A stretch of DNA of 34,067 nucleotides, taken from positions 1-34,067 of the IMG/VR virus record IMGVR_UViG_3300037511_000448. One strand, 5' to 3'. The position numbers and the translations under genes are program-made. The stretch comes from a virus. Its lineage: Duplodnaviria; Caudoviricetes. Position 1 is the stretch's first letter, and every line of letters starts with the position of its first letter. Below the pieces are notes generated by a model that was not told the origin of the DNA, searched no databases, and worked only from the letters and a program-made list of their open reading frames with translations. Below, piece after piece: positions 1 through 8,276 of the stretch.

Positions 1-435
1 CGCTCCGTTTCTAGTTCTTGAATCTTAAATTGCGCTTCCATGATGATTTGTTGACGCTTAAGCTCTATTTCCTTTTCTTTGAGCTCTACTTCTTTAACTT
101 TCAATTGCATCTGCTGTTGTTGCGCCTGCTGCTCCATAGCCATGGCTTGTTGCTCAGGTGAGGGCTGTCCTGATTCATTAGGCATCTTACCGGTTTTTCC
201 TGCTTCTATAATTTGAGGAGGGACAAGCGTTTTGAGCCTGTTTTTAATCTCAATTGTATTCATAAGCGGTAGATTTTCAGCATAAAGGTCAGCAATTAAC
301 CCAAATGCTTGCGGGTCGGCTTGGAGTATCTGCTGCAATGAATCCAGTGCTTGTTGTTTTTGTCCTTCAAAACTTGGCCCTGGTTTTAGGCGAACTTGGT
401 ATGTCCCTTTTCGAATATCATTTTTAATGACCTCG
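1..435. repeat. Terminal direct repeat, copy 1 (matches 33633-34067)
   Basis: Direct comparison: identical except at positions 99, 144, 216, 258 and 309. Confidence 0.97.
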
Positions 436-2111
436 CCATAGTCATCAGCCATTTCATTAATGGTAATGTTCTTCATGCCTTCATCCGGCGTCATTAATGA
501 CACGACACGCTCCGTATCGTACACCCGCGGTATCATCTCATTGACAATTTCACCGCCAACAGCAATAGCACGATTGATAGAATTGAAAGCAACATATGTA
601 GAATAACTTCCTTGTCGGGTTCTCGCATCGATAGCTGCTCCAGAGATTTCATTTCCTTGCTGACCCATTCTTGTTGGGTACAGGCCCGTAGAGGTGTATA
701 AATCTTCTATAGCGAGTTGATATTGAGTAAATAAAGATTGTGATAATTCAGGAGGACGTAACTGTTCAGGCTTATGCCCATTAGGGGATTCATCATACGT
801 CAAAAGTCCTTGCGTATTGGTGGGGTCTCGCCAATTAGCTTGGGTGTCTAATCCTTTAACGTTGTTTTTACTTCCTATGAATTGGTCATAGCGACTAATT
901 TTTAAAATGTAGGCGGACTGGGTGCGCAAATAATTAAGATAGCGCTGCGTGTCTTTGCAATCCCCAAAGAAAGAACGACACACTTGCTTTCCGTCTTTCT
1001 CGTAATAACTGTTTTGGTCTACAAATATCACTGGCAATTGGTCGGATGGAAATTCGCTTTCTTCAAGAATATAATCACCAGCTATCTTATAGTGCATTAT
1101 CTTATGCTTTTTAGCCTCTTTTTTATCTTCGATTCGAACCATTTCGCCATCATCAAACAGCGTTAGCATATCCAAATCCGTAGACTCAGGCTCACTGGAT
1201 AAGACTTCCTCGCCTTCTGCGCCTGCATCCTGGGCTACCATATCTCCGCTATCCATAGGCATTCCCATGACAGACTCTTCTTCCATAAGGGCATGCATTT
1301 CATTAATAGCAATAGACTTCTCTATGATTTCATCAAGCTCATCCTGATTAACGGTGCGTCCATTGGATAACTTGTATAGTGTGTCTTTTTCATACTTACG
1401 TACAAAGTGGTCTATTATAGTTACTGCTTCATTATCAGCCCAGGTAAAAGGGTCTTCTCCATCGCTTGGTTGGGTTGCAAGTGCAATTTCTTCTTGTGAC
1501 TGTGTAGGTGACATGGTGCGCAATATCTTTTCCTCCATATCTTTACCGTATATTTGCTTAAACTTAGGCCGGGTCATCCGTGTAATATAGCCCGCATGCA
1601 TGCCGTCTGTTTTGTTGATGCGTTCAGCGCCCATATCAAAATACGTACGTGTTGCATCTTTAAAATGCCTGTAGACAATATCGAGCTCAAATGATTTTTG
1701 ATGAACATAATCCGTATCTATACAAAAAGCAGAAAAGCCTCCAATAAAGGCTTGAGAAGCAGCTACTTGATAGGAGGTAGTGGCATCCGTAGAAAACATC
1801 ACATCTTTGATAATAAGCTCACGCAGCTTTGCCGTTTCAGCGTCACAGTTTTCCATAGGCACTACTTCGAGCTGAGGTGTATTTTGTTGCTGTTCACCGC
1901 ATAAAGCATTGGCCATGGCCGCTAGTTTATTACATGTAAGAGGGACTTTTCTGAAGGTTTTTAGCATTTCTTCTTCATCATCGGTCCACTGCTGACCTAA
2001 GACAAAAGTATGCATCATGTGATACAAGTCTATATTGTATTTGAAGAATTCACGCCATTTTTCACAAGCAATACGCGCTTGGTGAGCAATTTTCTCTGCC
2101 TTCCTGGCCAT
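1..2111 (-). CDS. Portal protein, P22 gp1-like, 5' part (about 745 aa in total; continues across the circular join to the stop at 33506)
   Basis: Absent from the ORF track because it runs off the end. ATG at 2111 follows an AAGGA SD and translates MARKAEKIAHQARIACEKWREFF...GQQWTDDEEEMLKTFRKVPLTCNKL, a P22-type portal N-terminal pattern. It lies between terL and scaffold and is in frame with 33506-33970. Confidence 0.9.
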   Translation of the reverse strand, partial: MARKAEKIAHQARIACEKWREFFKYNIDLYHMMHTFVLGQQWTDDEEEMLKTFRKVPLTCNKLAAMANALCGEQQQNTPQLEVVPMENCDAETAKLRELIIKDVMFSTDATTSYQVAASQAFIGGFSAFCIDTDYVHQKSFELDIVYRHFKDATRTYFDMGAERINKTDGMHAGYITRMTRPKFKQIYGKDMEEKILRTMSPTQSQEEIALATQPSDGEDPFTWADNEAVTIIDHFVRKYEKDTLYKLSNGRTVNQDELDEIIEKSIAINEMHALMEEESVMGMPMDSGDMVAQDAGAEGEEVLSSEPESTDLDMLTLFDDGEMVRIEDKKEAKKHKIMHYKIAGDYILEESEFPSDQLPVIFVDQNSYYEKDGKQVCRSFFGDCKDTQRYLNYLRTQSAYILKISRYDQFIGSKNNVKGLDTQANWRDPTNTQGLLTYDESPNGHKPEQLRPPELSQSLFTQYQLAIEDLYTSTGLYPTRMGQQGNEISGAAIDARTRQGSYSTYVAFNSINRAIAVGGEIVNEMIPRVYDTERVVSLMTPDEGMKNITINEMADDYGEVIKNDIRKGTYQVRLKPGPSFEGQKQQALDSLQQILQADPQAFGLIADLYAENLPLMNTIEIKNRLKTLVPPQIIEAGKTGKMPNESGQPSPEQQAMAMEQQAQQQQMQLKVKEVELKEKEIELKRQQIIMEAQFKIQELETE

Positions 2112-2135
2112 TGTAAGTCCTTGTTATTGTTTATA

Positions 2136-3665
2136 TTAAATAAACATACCCGCTGAATTTTCGGGAAGTCGTTTTACAGTATAGCCACCGCCCTGTAGAT
2201 AGTCGCCTACGTAAAAAGTTAAGGCCAAGGCATCCGCGGTATCCGGAGACTTTATTCCCCGTCTTCGTAAGTCGTCTTTAGACTCTATTTGGAGTCGATG
2301 AGAGCTGTCATACTTGTAGCCCAAGCTTGTTAAATCTCCTAACAATTCATCGCTATCCGGTAGCTGTACGGGCGTTTCTTGGGTTAACCATTCGCGCATA
2401 TCATACCATAATTCTGCCCGCAAGTTACGAAACTTGTCTTTGTCATTAGCAGACCGCGCAACATTAACGCCCTCAACACATTCGTACCCAATTTCTAGCA
2501 ATCTATCAACAATACCGGCTCCAATACCTATGCAATCTATACAGACTTTAGCTGGTCGCTCTTTGTCTATGAGACGCCTAATTAAGCCTACGAGCTCCAT
2601 AGTATTGAGATTAAAGTGAGTTTCGCAATTGTATACGAGACGCCCTTTTCGTCGAATGATAGCCGTTCTATCATGGTCACTGATGGCAGGATCTATCCCA
2701 ATAACCAACGGAGAAGTACTTTCAACCCTATTGCGCCGGGCTTTAGTGACAATATCAGCCTTAATAAATCGGTCCGCTACGGGGTTTCTAAATGCATCCA
2801 ACGCAGTCATGGGATATTCTACGTTAAAAAGCTCCCTTCCCGTTTCAAAGTCATTGCTGAATTCCAGTATTTTGCGTCGGCGCCAAAACAAATGACGCAT
2901 GGTAAGCCCGTCACTGGCATGGGTATTGATAAGCGTTCCTTCTTCATCCGATGGACTGCAAACCTCTGCTTCTTTGGCGTCTGACGTATACTCCGGCTGC
3001 CAATACCAGGGAATAAATATTGCCTGAAAATCGGACTGCCCAGTGGATGCCGCAACCCACATATTGTAAAAATAGTTTCCTATACCATTAGCTGTAGACT
3101 CGAGTATTATCTCTGTGCCCTGCTCATTGGGAACGGCTTGAAGGATTCCTTTGGCGTGCTCTTCCGCATTCGGCCAATAGGCTACTTCAGAGCCATGAAA
3201 GATTTGGATTGTTTGTGAGCGCCCTACGGATTTGTTGCCCGCGGTTCCAACGGAATAACCAGAGTCCAAAGAGCTAAAATTTAATTCTTTCGCGCTAGAG
3301 GTATCAGGCTTTGGTAGAAGACCTTCCGGAACGCTATCATTGTAGCGCTTAGTCATATCAAATAAGTTTTTAGTCGCTTCCGCTTCGTGCGTCAAAATGA
3401 ACGCCTTCTTCCCTCGTCGCGTAGATACCAAATGAAAGTCACGAGCTTGAACGTACGTTGAGCACCCTTGTTGGCGCCCTTTTAAAATAAGCGCTCTCAC
3501 CTTTCCAGTATGGGATTTTTGAGTTTCAAGCCGTTCATGGAGGTAGCTTTGGGCACGATTAAACACAAAAGGCTCTATAGCACCAGATTTAGTGCGAATT
3601 TTAAGGAAGTTTTTAGCAAATAAAGGAAGGTCTTTTAATACACGGATTAACTTTTCTTCATACAT
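2136..3665 (-). CDS. terL: Terminase large subunit
   Basis: Walker A-like LKGRQQGCST, Walker B-like FHGSEVAYW, ESTANG coupling motif, nuclease GIDPA and C-terminal SPDTADAL; directly upstream of portal. Confidence 0.95.
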   Translation of the reverse strand: MYEEKLIRVLKDLPLFAKNFLKIRTKSGAIEPFVFNRAQSYLHERLETQKSHTGKVRALILKGRQQGCSTYVQARDFHLVSTRRGKKAFILTHEAEATKNLFDMTKRYNDSVPEGLLPKPDTSSAKELNFSSLDSGYSVGTAGNKSVGRSQTIQIFHGSEVAYWPNAEEHAKGILQAVPNEQGTEIILESTANGIGNYFYNMWVAASTGQSDFQAIFIPWYWQPEYTSDAKEAEVCSPSDEEGTLINTHASDGLTMRHLFWRRRKILEFSNDFETGRELFNVEYPMTALDAFRNPVADRFIKADIVTKARRNRVESTSPLVIGIDPAISDHDRTAIIRRKGRLVYNCETHFNLNTMELVGLIRRLIDKERPAKVCIDCIGIGAGIVDRLLEIGYECVEGVNVARSANDKDKFRNLRAELWYDMREWLTQETPVQLPDSDELLGDLTSLGYKYDSSHRLQIESKDDLRRRGIKSPDTADALALTFYVGDYLQGGGYTVKRLPENSAGMFI

Positions 3666-3670
3666 TCAAT

Positions 3671-3841
3671 TTATTTCTCTTTAATCAGGGCCTGGGCTCC
3701 CATTGAATCATGTATCTCTATCCATGACTCAATACTTACCACACGAGATTGTAGCCCCGCAAGAGTAATCAGGCCCCATCCTGCCATCAGAAGTAAGAAG
3801 GATTTAATCGCAAAAGGCCATGGCCTCCATGTATCATTCAT
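3671..3841 (-). CDS. Small single-TM membrane protein (56 aa)
   Basis: Preferred start at 3841 after a GGAGG SD; hydrophobic stretch FAIKSFLLLMAGWGLITLAGL. Confidence 0.6.
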   Translation of the reverse strand: MNDTWRPWPFAIKSFLLLMAGWGLITLAGLQSRVVSIESWIEIHDSMGAQALIKEK

Positions 3842-3864
3842 AATGCCTCCTTGCGGCTTTATAA

Positions 3865-4185
3865 TCACTCAACCAACTTGTCCACTATCTTTTCAAGTAA
3901 ATTATTAACCGTATTCATATCTTCAGGGTCTTTCTCACGCCATCTAGCGCGCGTCTTAAGCCAAAATATTTGGGCCTTAACATCTTCGTCTTCATAGGCT
4001 TTCTTGAAAAGCTTATTAGCTACTTTGAAATTGGCATCCGTAAGGCCGTTATCTAGCTCATCCGCATAGTATTTAACCAGCGTATCATCATCAATATGCA
4101 AGTACTTGGCAATGTCTACATGCGTATGTCCAAAAGCCTTTAAAGCAGATACCGTTTTTCGCAATTCAGAGGTGGGCTGATGCAT
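3865..4185 (-). CDS. Probable terminase small subunit (HTH)
   Basis: HTH-like DIAKYLHIDDDTLVKYY..EL and AQIFWLKTRARWRE motif typical of small terminase-like proteins; upstream of terL. Confidence 0.75.
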   Translation of the reverse strand: MHQPTSELRKTVSALKAFGHTHVDIAKYLHIDDDTLVKYYADELDNGLTDANFKVANKLFKKAYEDEDVKAQIFWLKTRARWREKDPEDMNTVNNLLEKIVDKLVE

Positions 4186-4240
4186 TGAAATATCTCAGTA
4201 AAAAGGGCCTAAACAGCAGACCCTATATAACTCCGAAAAA

Positions 4241-4417
4241 TTAAGGACCAGCCTGTTCATTTCGTCTGTCACCACGCATATCACCACCAACATCACCAGG
4301 CTCGCAATACTTAGGTTGCTGACGACACTGCTCATCAACGAGCTTTCCGTACATTGAAGGGACGCCGTTGTAATGCGTGTATTCTTTTTCAGTGGTGTAA
4401 TCCTTTACTTCACTCAT
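4241..4417 (-). CDS. Hypothetical protein, 58 aa (MSEVKDYTTEKEY...EQAGP), below the ORF-track cutoff
   Basis: Hand translation gives an open 177-nt frame with an AGGGAG SD; first gene after the putative late promoter. Confidence 0.7.
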   Translation of the reverse strand: MSEVKDYTTEKEYTHYNGVPSMYGKLVDEQCRQQPKYCEPGDVGGDMRGDRRNEQAGP

Positions 4418-4444
4418 AACTATCTCCCTGTAATTAAAATATTA

Positions 4445-4453
4445 ATTATAACA
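4445..4453 (-). promoter_or_regulatory. Extended -10 promoter candidate for the packaging operon
   Basis: TGTTATAAT (TGn-TATAAT) on the minus strand about 30 nt upstream of the 4417 start. Confidence 0.5.
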
Positions 4454-4487
4454 TAATCATGCGCATATAATCTAACACACTATCCAA

Positions 4488-4688
4488 TTAATATTTAAGA
4501 TGCACTTTTGTAGCACTGAGCCCCTTATCACTTTTTAGGGGGATAAAAGTAACGCTGTCATCCGGTTTAAGACTCTTAAATCCCGTCTTTTGTATTTCTC
4601 TAAAATGTACAAAGAAATCTTTCCCTTCAGACTCAATAAATCCATACCCTTTTTTATCATCGAACCACTTTACAATACCGTCTGCCAT
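4488..4688 (-). CDS. Cold-shock domain protein (CspA family)
   Basis: GIVKWF, RNP1 KGYGFI, RNP2 FFVHF and GFKSL motifs; 66 aa. Confidence 0.95.
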   Translation of the reverse strand: MADGIVKWFDDKKGYGFIESEGKDFFVHFREIQKTGFKSLKPDDSVTFIPLKSDKGLSATKVHLKY

Positions 4689-4796
4689 TTAATGCCTTCC
4701 AATAGCGTTTATATGCTCTCTGTGAAGAGATATCCAAAAACATTATAAACTATAGGTTGTCTGTAAATCACGCTTAAAAGGCCGTTAGAATGATTT

Positions 4797-5006
4797 TTAT
4801 TGATGGTGTTGTTCAGACGATAACGTTTTATATTCTGCTGATTTTTCCAAAGCGGCTTTAATTGATTCTTTCAACCAATGTTCTACAATGTGCACTTCTT
4901 TTACCGTAAAACAAAAAGGCACTGATTTTTCTTTTCCACGATCGTAAATAGAATTCGCTAAACTTTCCAACAATTGTGCTGAAGCCACACTTATATTCCA
5001 CGACAT
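4797..5006 (-). CDS. Hypothetical protein (69 aa)
   Basis: GTG start after an AGGAG SD; co-oriented with neighbours. Confidence 0.6.
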   Translation of the reverse strand: MSWNISVASAQLLESLANSIYDRGKEKSVPFCFTVKEVHIVEHWLKESIKAALEKSAEYKTLSSEQHHQ

Positions 5007-5023
5007 CTATGCTCCTTTTAAAT

Positions 5024-5434
5024 TTATTCATCCTTATCCAATTCATTTAGTTTGCCTATAGTGTGCTCGTGACAAGAGTGCTTTAAATGCAAATAAAACT
5101 CTATGGTTTTTAATGGGAAATCCATAAAGCACAAAGGCTCACAAACATTTTTTTTTATAAGATAATCCATATAATTTTCACTACTTAATATTTGCCGAAT
5201 ATTAGTAACCCCTCGTAACGCGTTTTGGACCGATTCATTAGCATGAATGGCTTGTACATCTTCCCAGAACTGAATGCGCTCTTTATTGTCGAACAGTTGT
5301 TTGGCAATATACTGTCTTTCAATTGTGTAGGAGGCTAATGTATGATTAATAAGGCCTTCTATATCCATATTTCTTCCGCTATTATTTATAATTAGGTGCC
5401 TATTATCCTCTATTCTTGCTCTAATAGAAAGCAA
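5024..5434 (-). CDS. Hypothetical protein (start may be the ATG at 5368)
   Basis: ORF packed in the minus-strand operon; no recognised motif. Confidence 0.6.
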   Translation of the reverse strand: MLSIRARIEDNRHLIINNSGRNMDIEGLINHTLASYTIERQYIAKQLFDNKERIQFWEDVQAIHANESVQNALRGVTNIRQILSSENYMDYLIKKNVCEPLCFMDFPLKTIEFYLHLKHSCHEHTIGKLNELDKDE

Positions 5435-5827
5435 TTAAGAAAGCAAATACCCCTCAATTATTTCCTTACCATTAACCCACCCGTAACAGAATCTCCCGTC
5501 AAATCCAACGGATTTCATACGTTCAATCCACACTTCTTGCTGGATCCAAGTAATGGACTTCCGTGCAGAAGGTGGATAATTCATATTTCTTTTAACCTCA
5601 AGCCAAAGACCGGCATATTTACCGCTTTGGCTAGGGTAGGGAATGAATAAGTCGCTCACTCCTGGGCGTAGGCCCATGAGCTTTAGGTTCCACGTTTGTA
5701 CCTCCGTTCTTTTTCCCTCATTATTGTTCTTACAAAAGAAATCTTTAATTTGTGGATGACTACTTAACCATTTTACAAGCCATCTTTGTTCCTGATTCTC
5801 ACTGGGTATTGCGACTCTTTTGGTCAT
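5435..5827 (-). CDS. VRR-NUC family nuclease (PD-(D/E)XK; probable junction resolvase)
   Basis: SE..EQ N-terminus, MGLRPGVSDLFI and LWLEVK motifs. Confidence 0.88.
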   Translation of the reverse strand: MTKRVAIPSENQEQRWLVKWLSSHPQIKDFFCKNNNEGKRTEVQTWNLKLMGLRPGVSDLFIPYPSQSGKYAGLWLEVKRNMNYPPSARKSITWIQQEVWIERMKSVGFDGRFCYGWVNGKEIIEGYLLS

Positions 5828-6093
5828 TCTTGACCTCGTGCAAACATTTTTTGCCTTAGCGCTTTATTTTTTTCTTCTTCATATGTTTCTGTCCTTCCAG
5901 AAGCATAGTTAGGCATTCCATTATCCCTCCAAACCTCCACAGCGGCTTCTAGAGACGATATCTCAAGGTTCCCCTCCATCATATCACCCTTGTCATCATC
6001 GCTTAATAGGCGCGTTGCTATGAGGTTTGGTGACACTTCTAGTTTAAACCCTAATTTACTGATGATTTTTTTACATTCATCAGCGGTTGGCAT
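5824..6093 (-). CDS. Hypothetical protein (89 aa), coupled to the replication gene
   Basis: Start and stop overlap both neighbours. Confidence 0.7.
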   Translation of the reverse strand: MPTADECKKIISKLGFKLEVSPNLIATRLLSDDDKGDMMEGNLEISSLEAAVEVWRDNGMPNYASGRTETYEEEKNKALRQKMFARGQE

Positions 6094-7235
6094 TAATTAC
6101 ACCCTGTATCTTTTCTAGAGTTCATTAAGGGGGAACGCAACCCTACTATTTGCCTAAGCTTATTACGAGCCACTTCTGATGCCTGACTTACAATCCCGTT
6201 TAACCTTTTTGAATCTTCAATTTCTTTCTGTTTGCGTCGCTCAGCCATTTGTTCAAGCTCCATGCTGCGCTTTTTAGCAGTTTCTTGTTTGCTTAATAAT
6301 TCTTTCGTAATGAAATACTCAACTTTCAATGATTGCCATCCGCTAGCTACCATCGTTTCAAATGCCTCCAAGGGGTCTATCCCAAGCTCTTTGCATTTAG
6401 CGAGCTCTTTGTTAATTTTGTTCCACGCGGTTTGTGTGACAGGCGCCCTCTTCTTTTTCCTGTTGGTAATCCAGTCATGAATAATTTGTTCTGGAATTTG
6501 AAAAATATTACTGGATAGTATATCCTTAATATCATATTGTTTTAATTTTGATGAATCAGATAAATATTTGTCCTGATTATTTCGATAATCAGATTTAGTG
6601 CAAGTATCTGATACGTCAAGACCTTTCTGTGCCTTGTGCTCTTCTAAAGCCTGATTATGGCTATTACCTAAATCCTCGTTTTCTTCCGAATTATTCTCAA
6701 TATCCGGCACTTCGTCAGAAGTGCTTATATTTATATTTGTTTTAGTATCTGGTTTAGTATTTGGTATAGGTTGGTGGTTTTTCACAAATAGATTTGTGAA
6801 TGCTAACAAATCCATTTGGGTTTTTTCACAAATGGATAACCACAAGTGTTTTATATTCTTCTCGGTCAAAAGATGGGCATAATATAAATAAGCCTTGGGT
6901 GTTAATGCATACCAGACAGTACGGTCATATTTTGTTTTATTGTAGTTGCCCTTGATTACTAACCCTTCTTTGATAGAGTTATCAATTACTGTCCTTCGTT
7001 GGTTTGGAGTCATGTAAGGTATTAAGTCACCTAAGGCGGCTATGGTTGTGTAATTCCAGCACAAGCCATCATGAATATTTTCGTTATAAGCTAAATGTTT
7101 TTCAGTCCAATGAGCTAAATGGCTAATCCACACTGCCATGTGCACTGAATATTTCATTGCAATTGCAACGGGAAAACAATGGCTTCTTGAATCAGTTATG
7201 ATGACATCATCTTCGGCAATGGGTTCAAATATCAT
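6093..7235 (-). CDS. Phage replication initiator (lambda O-like architecture)
   Basis: N-terminal winged-helix-like region (F..AIA.KYSV..AV; IKGNYNKTKYDRTVWYAL), low-complexity linker with DNA repeats, and C-terminal W...RKKKR...T domain typical of phage replisome organisers. Confidence 0.75.
   Translation of the reverse strand: MIFEPIAEDDVIITDSRSHCFPVAIAMKYSVHMAVWISHLAHWTEKHLAYNENIHDGLCWNYTTIAALGDLIPYMTPNQRRTVIDNSIKEGLVIKGNYNKTKYDRTVWYALTPKAYLYYAHLLTEKNIKHLWLSICEKTQMDLLAFTNLFVKNHQPIPNTKPDTKTNINISTSDEVPDIENNSEENEDLGNSHNQALEEHKAQKGLDVSDTCTKSDYRNNQDKYLSDSSKLKQYDIKDILSSNIFQIPEQIIHDWITNRKKKRAPVTQTAWNKINKELAKCKELGIDPLEAFETMVASGWQSLKVEYFITKELLSKQETAKKRSMELEQMAERRKQKEIEDSKRLNGIVSQASEVARNKLRQIVGLRSPLMNSRKDTGCN
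6775..6840. repeat. Iteron-like repeats (putative origin) inside the initiator gene
   Basis: Three ~22-bp units on the minus strand (atccatttgtgaaaaaacc / atggatttgttagcattca / atctatttgtgaaaaacca), including the dyad ttcacaaat-ag-atttgtgaa, next to an AT-rich tract. Confidence 0.65.
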
Positions 7236-7390
7236 ATCAACCCCCTTTCTTTGCTCATTTCACCAAACTGTGAAATGGGATAATTCAAAGGTTTTTGATA
7301 ATTTTCAGGCCAACGTTTGAAAAAGAGAAGAATTGGGGATATATTCAAAGGGTATTGTGTAACAATGTTTGTATTATAAGCATGTTTCAT
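7232..7390 (-). CDS. Small leader ORF (52 aa) coupled to the initiator by an ATGA overlap
   Basis: ATG at 7390; its stop overlaps the initiator start. Confidence 0.45.
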   Translation of the reverse strand: MKHAYNTNIVTQYPLNISPILLFFKRWPENYQKPLNYPISQFGEMSKERGLI

Positions 7391-7404
7391 AGTATAATTA
7401 CGCC

Positions 7405-7451
7405 TAGTTAGGAGTGCCAAAGTACCGATAGTTAGAGTGCTAAAGTGCCGA
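7405..7451. repeat. Imperfect tandem repeat, 24 + 23 bp
   Basis: tagttaggagtgccaaagtaccga followed directly by tagttagagtgctaaagtgccga. Confidence 0.85.
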
Positions 7452-7490
7452 AAGTAGCTAGCGTGCAAACGCCTGTTATGCGCTCTTAAC

Positions 7491-7660
7491 TGTCATGTGT
7501 TGGAACGCATGACACATCCTAGACAAAGCCCAAAAAAACCAAAGAGCTCGTCTACTTGGTTAAAAAAGCGATGAATGACAACTTTGGTCGGTGGCATTCT
7601 CGCAACGTATTTGGTTGAGTTTTGTTACTTGAGGGGCAGGATGCCTCAACCTCATTCCTA
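7491..7660 (-). ncRNA. Candidate structured 5' leader RNA upstream of the replication operon
   Basis: Four consecutive hairpins (7629-7649; 7568-7603 followed by U6; 7520-7554; 7491-7514) downstream of TTGATT-16-TAAGAT (7693-7666). Confidence 0.45.
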
Positions 7661-7816
7661 CCCTAATCTTACAAAAAAATCATTGTGAATCAAAAAAAAT
7701 CATGAGAAGAACTAACGCGCCATTAATATACATCTCCGCTGCCAATCAATCAAATATTTAAAATAGAAATTCATAGAAAGCGCTTTATAAAAGCACGCTC
7801 TCTATTATCACTTTTT

Positions 7817-8035
7817 CTACATAGCAATATCAATCCCTGGTTTTTTTACAATAGGCTCTCCATGCGCTTCCACTGCTTTGAATCTACCTTTACTTTTATT
7901 TTCAATAAGCAATTGTGCTTTAAAAGGGATATATCCTTTTCTTCTCCAAATTTGATATGTAGCACTGCTCAAGTTTAACTCTCTCGTTAACTGGGTCCAG
8001 CTGCCAAAATACTCATAAAGCTCGTTCAGCTTCAT
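7817..8035 (-). CDS. Cro/YdaS-like HTH regulator (copy A)
   Basis: YFGSWTQLTRELNLS...W...GYIP..AQ..IE..S.G pattern of Cro-like proteins; AAGGAG SD. Confidence 0.75.
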   Translation of the reverse strand: MKLNELYEYFGSWTQLTRELNLSSATYQIWRRKGYIPFKAQLLIENKSKGRFKAVEAHGEPIVKKPGIDIAM

Positions 8036-8276
8036 AGCTTAATCTCCTTTTATAGTTTATTTTATATTATTATTCCTGTACGATAATAATGATTATCTAG
8101 GGCCTATATTATCATTCTCTATTAATATGCACTATCTAATTTATTCCAAATAGGTACTTAGAGGTCTCTTTTAAATCAAGAGTGTAAGAGGATTGCGTGG
8201 TAAACTATTTTTTATTCTTTTTGCTACTAAAAAATACATAGAAATAGATAGAACCTACTAGAAATTAGAGGAAATC

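Noticed and set aside
984-1904. Plus-strand ORFs 984-1166, 1354-1590 and 1698-1904
   Set aside because: Antisense shadows of the portal gene, which occupies 1-2111 on the minus strand.
2434-3055. Short ORFs overlapping terL
   Set aside because: Antisense or out-of-frame shadows with no motifs.
4445-4467. dif-like arms (TATGCGCATGA next to TTATGTTATAA, minus strand)
   Set aside because: The arms abut with no 6-bp spacer; better explained as an extended -10 promoter.
7405-7451. Mini CRISPR array
   Set aside because: Two adjacent imperfect copies with no spacer; no cas genes.
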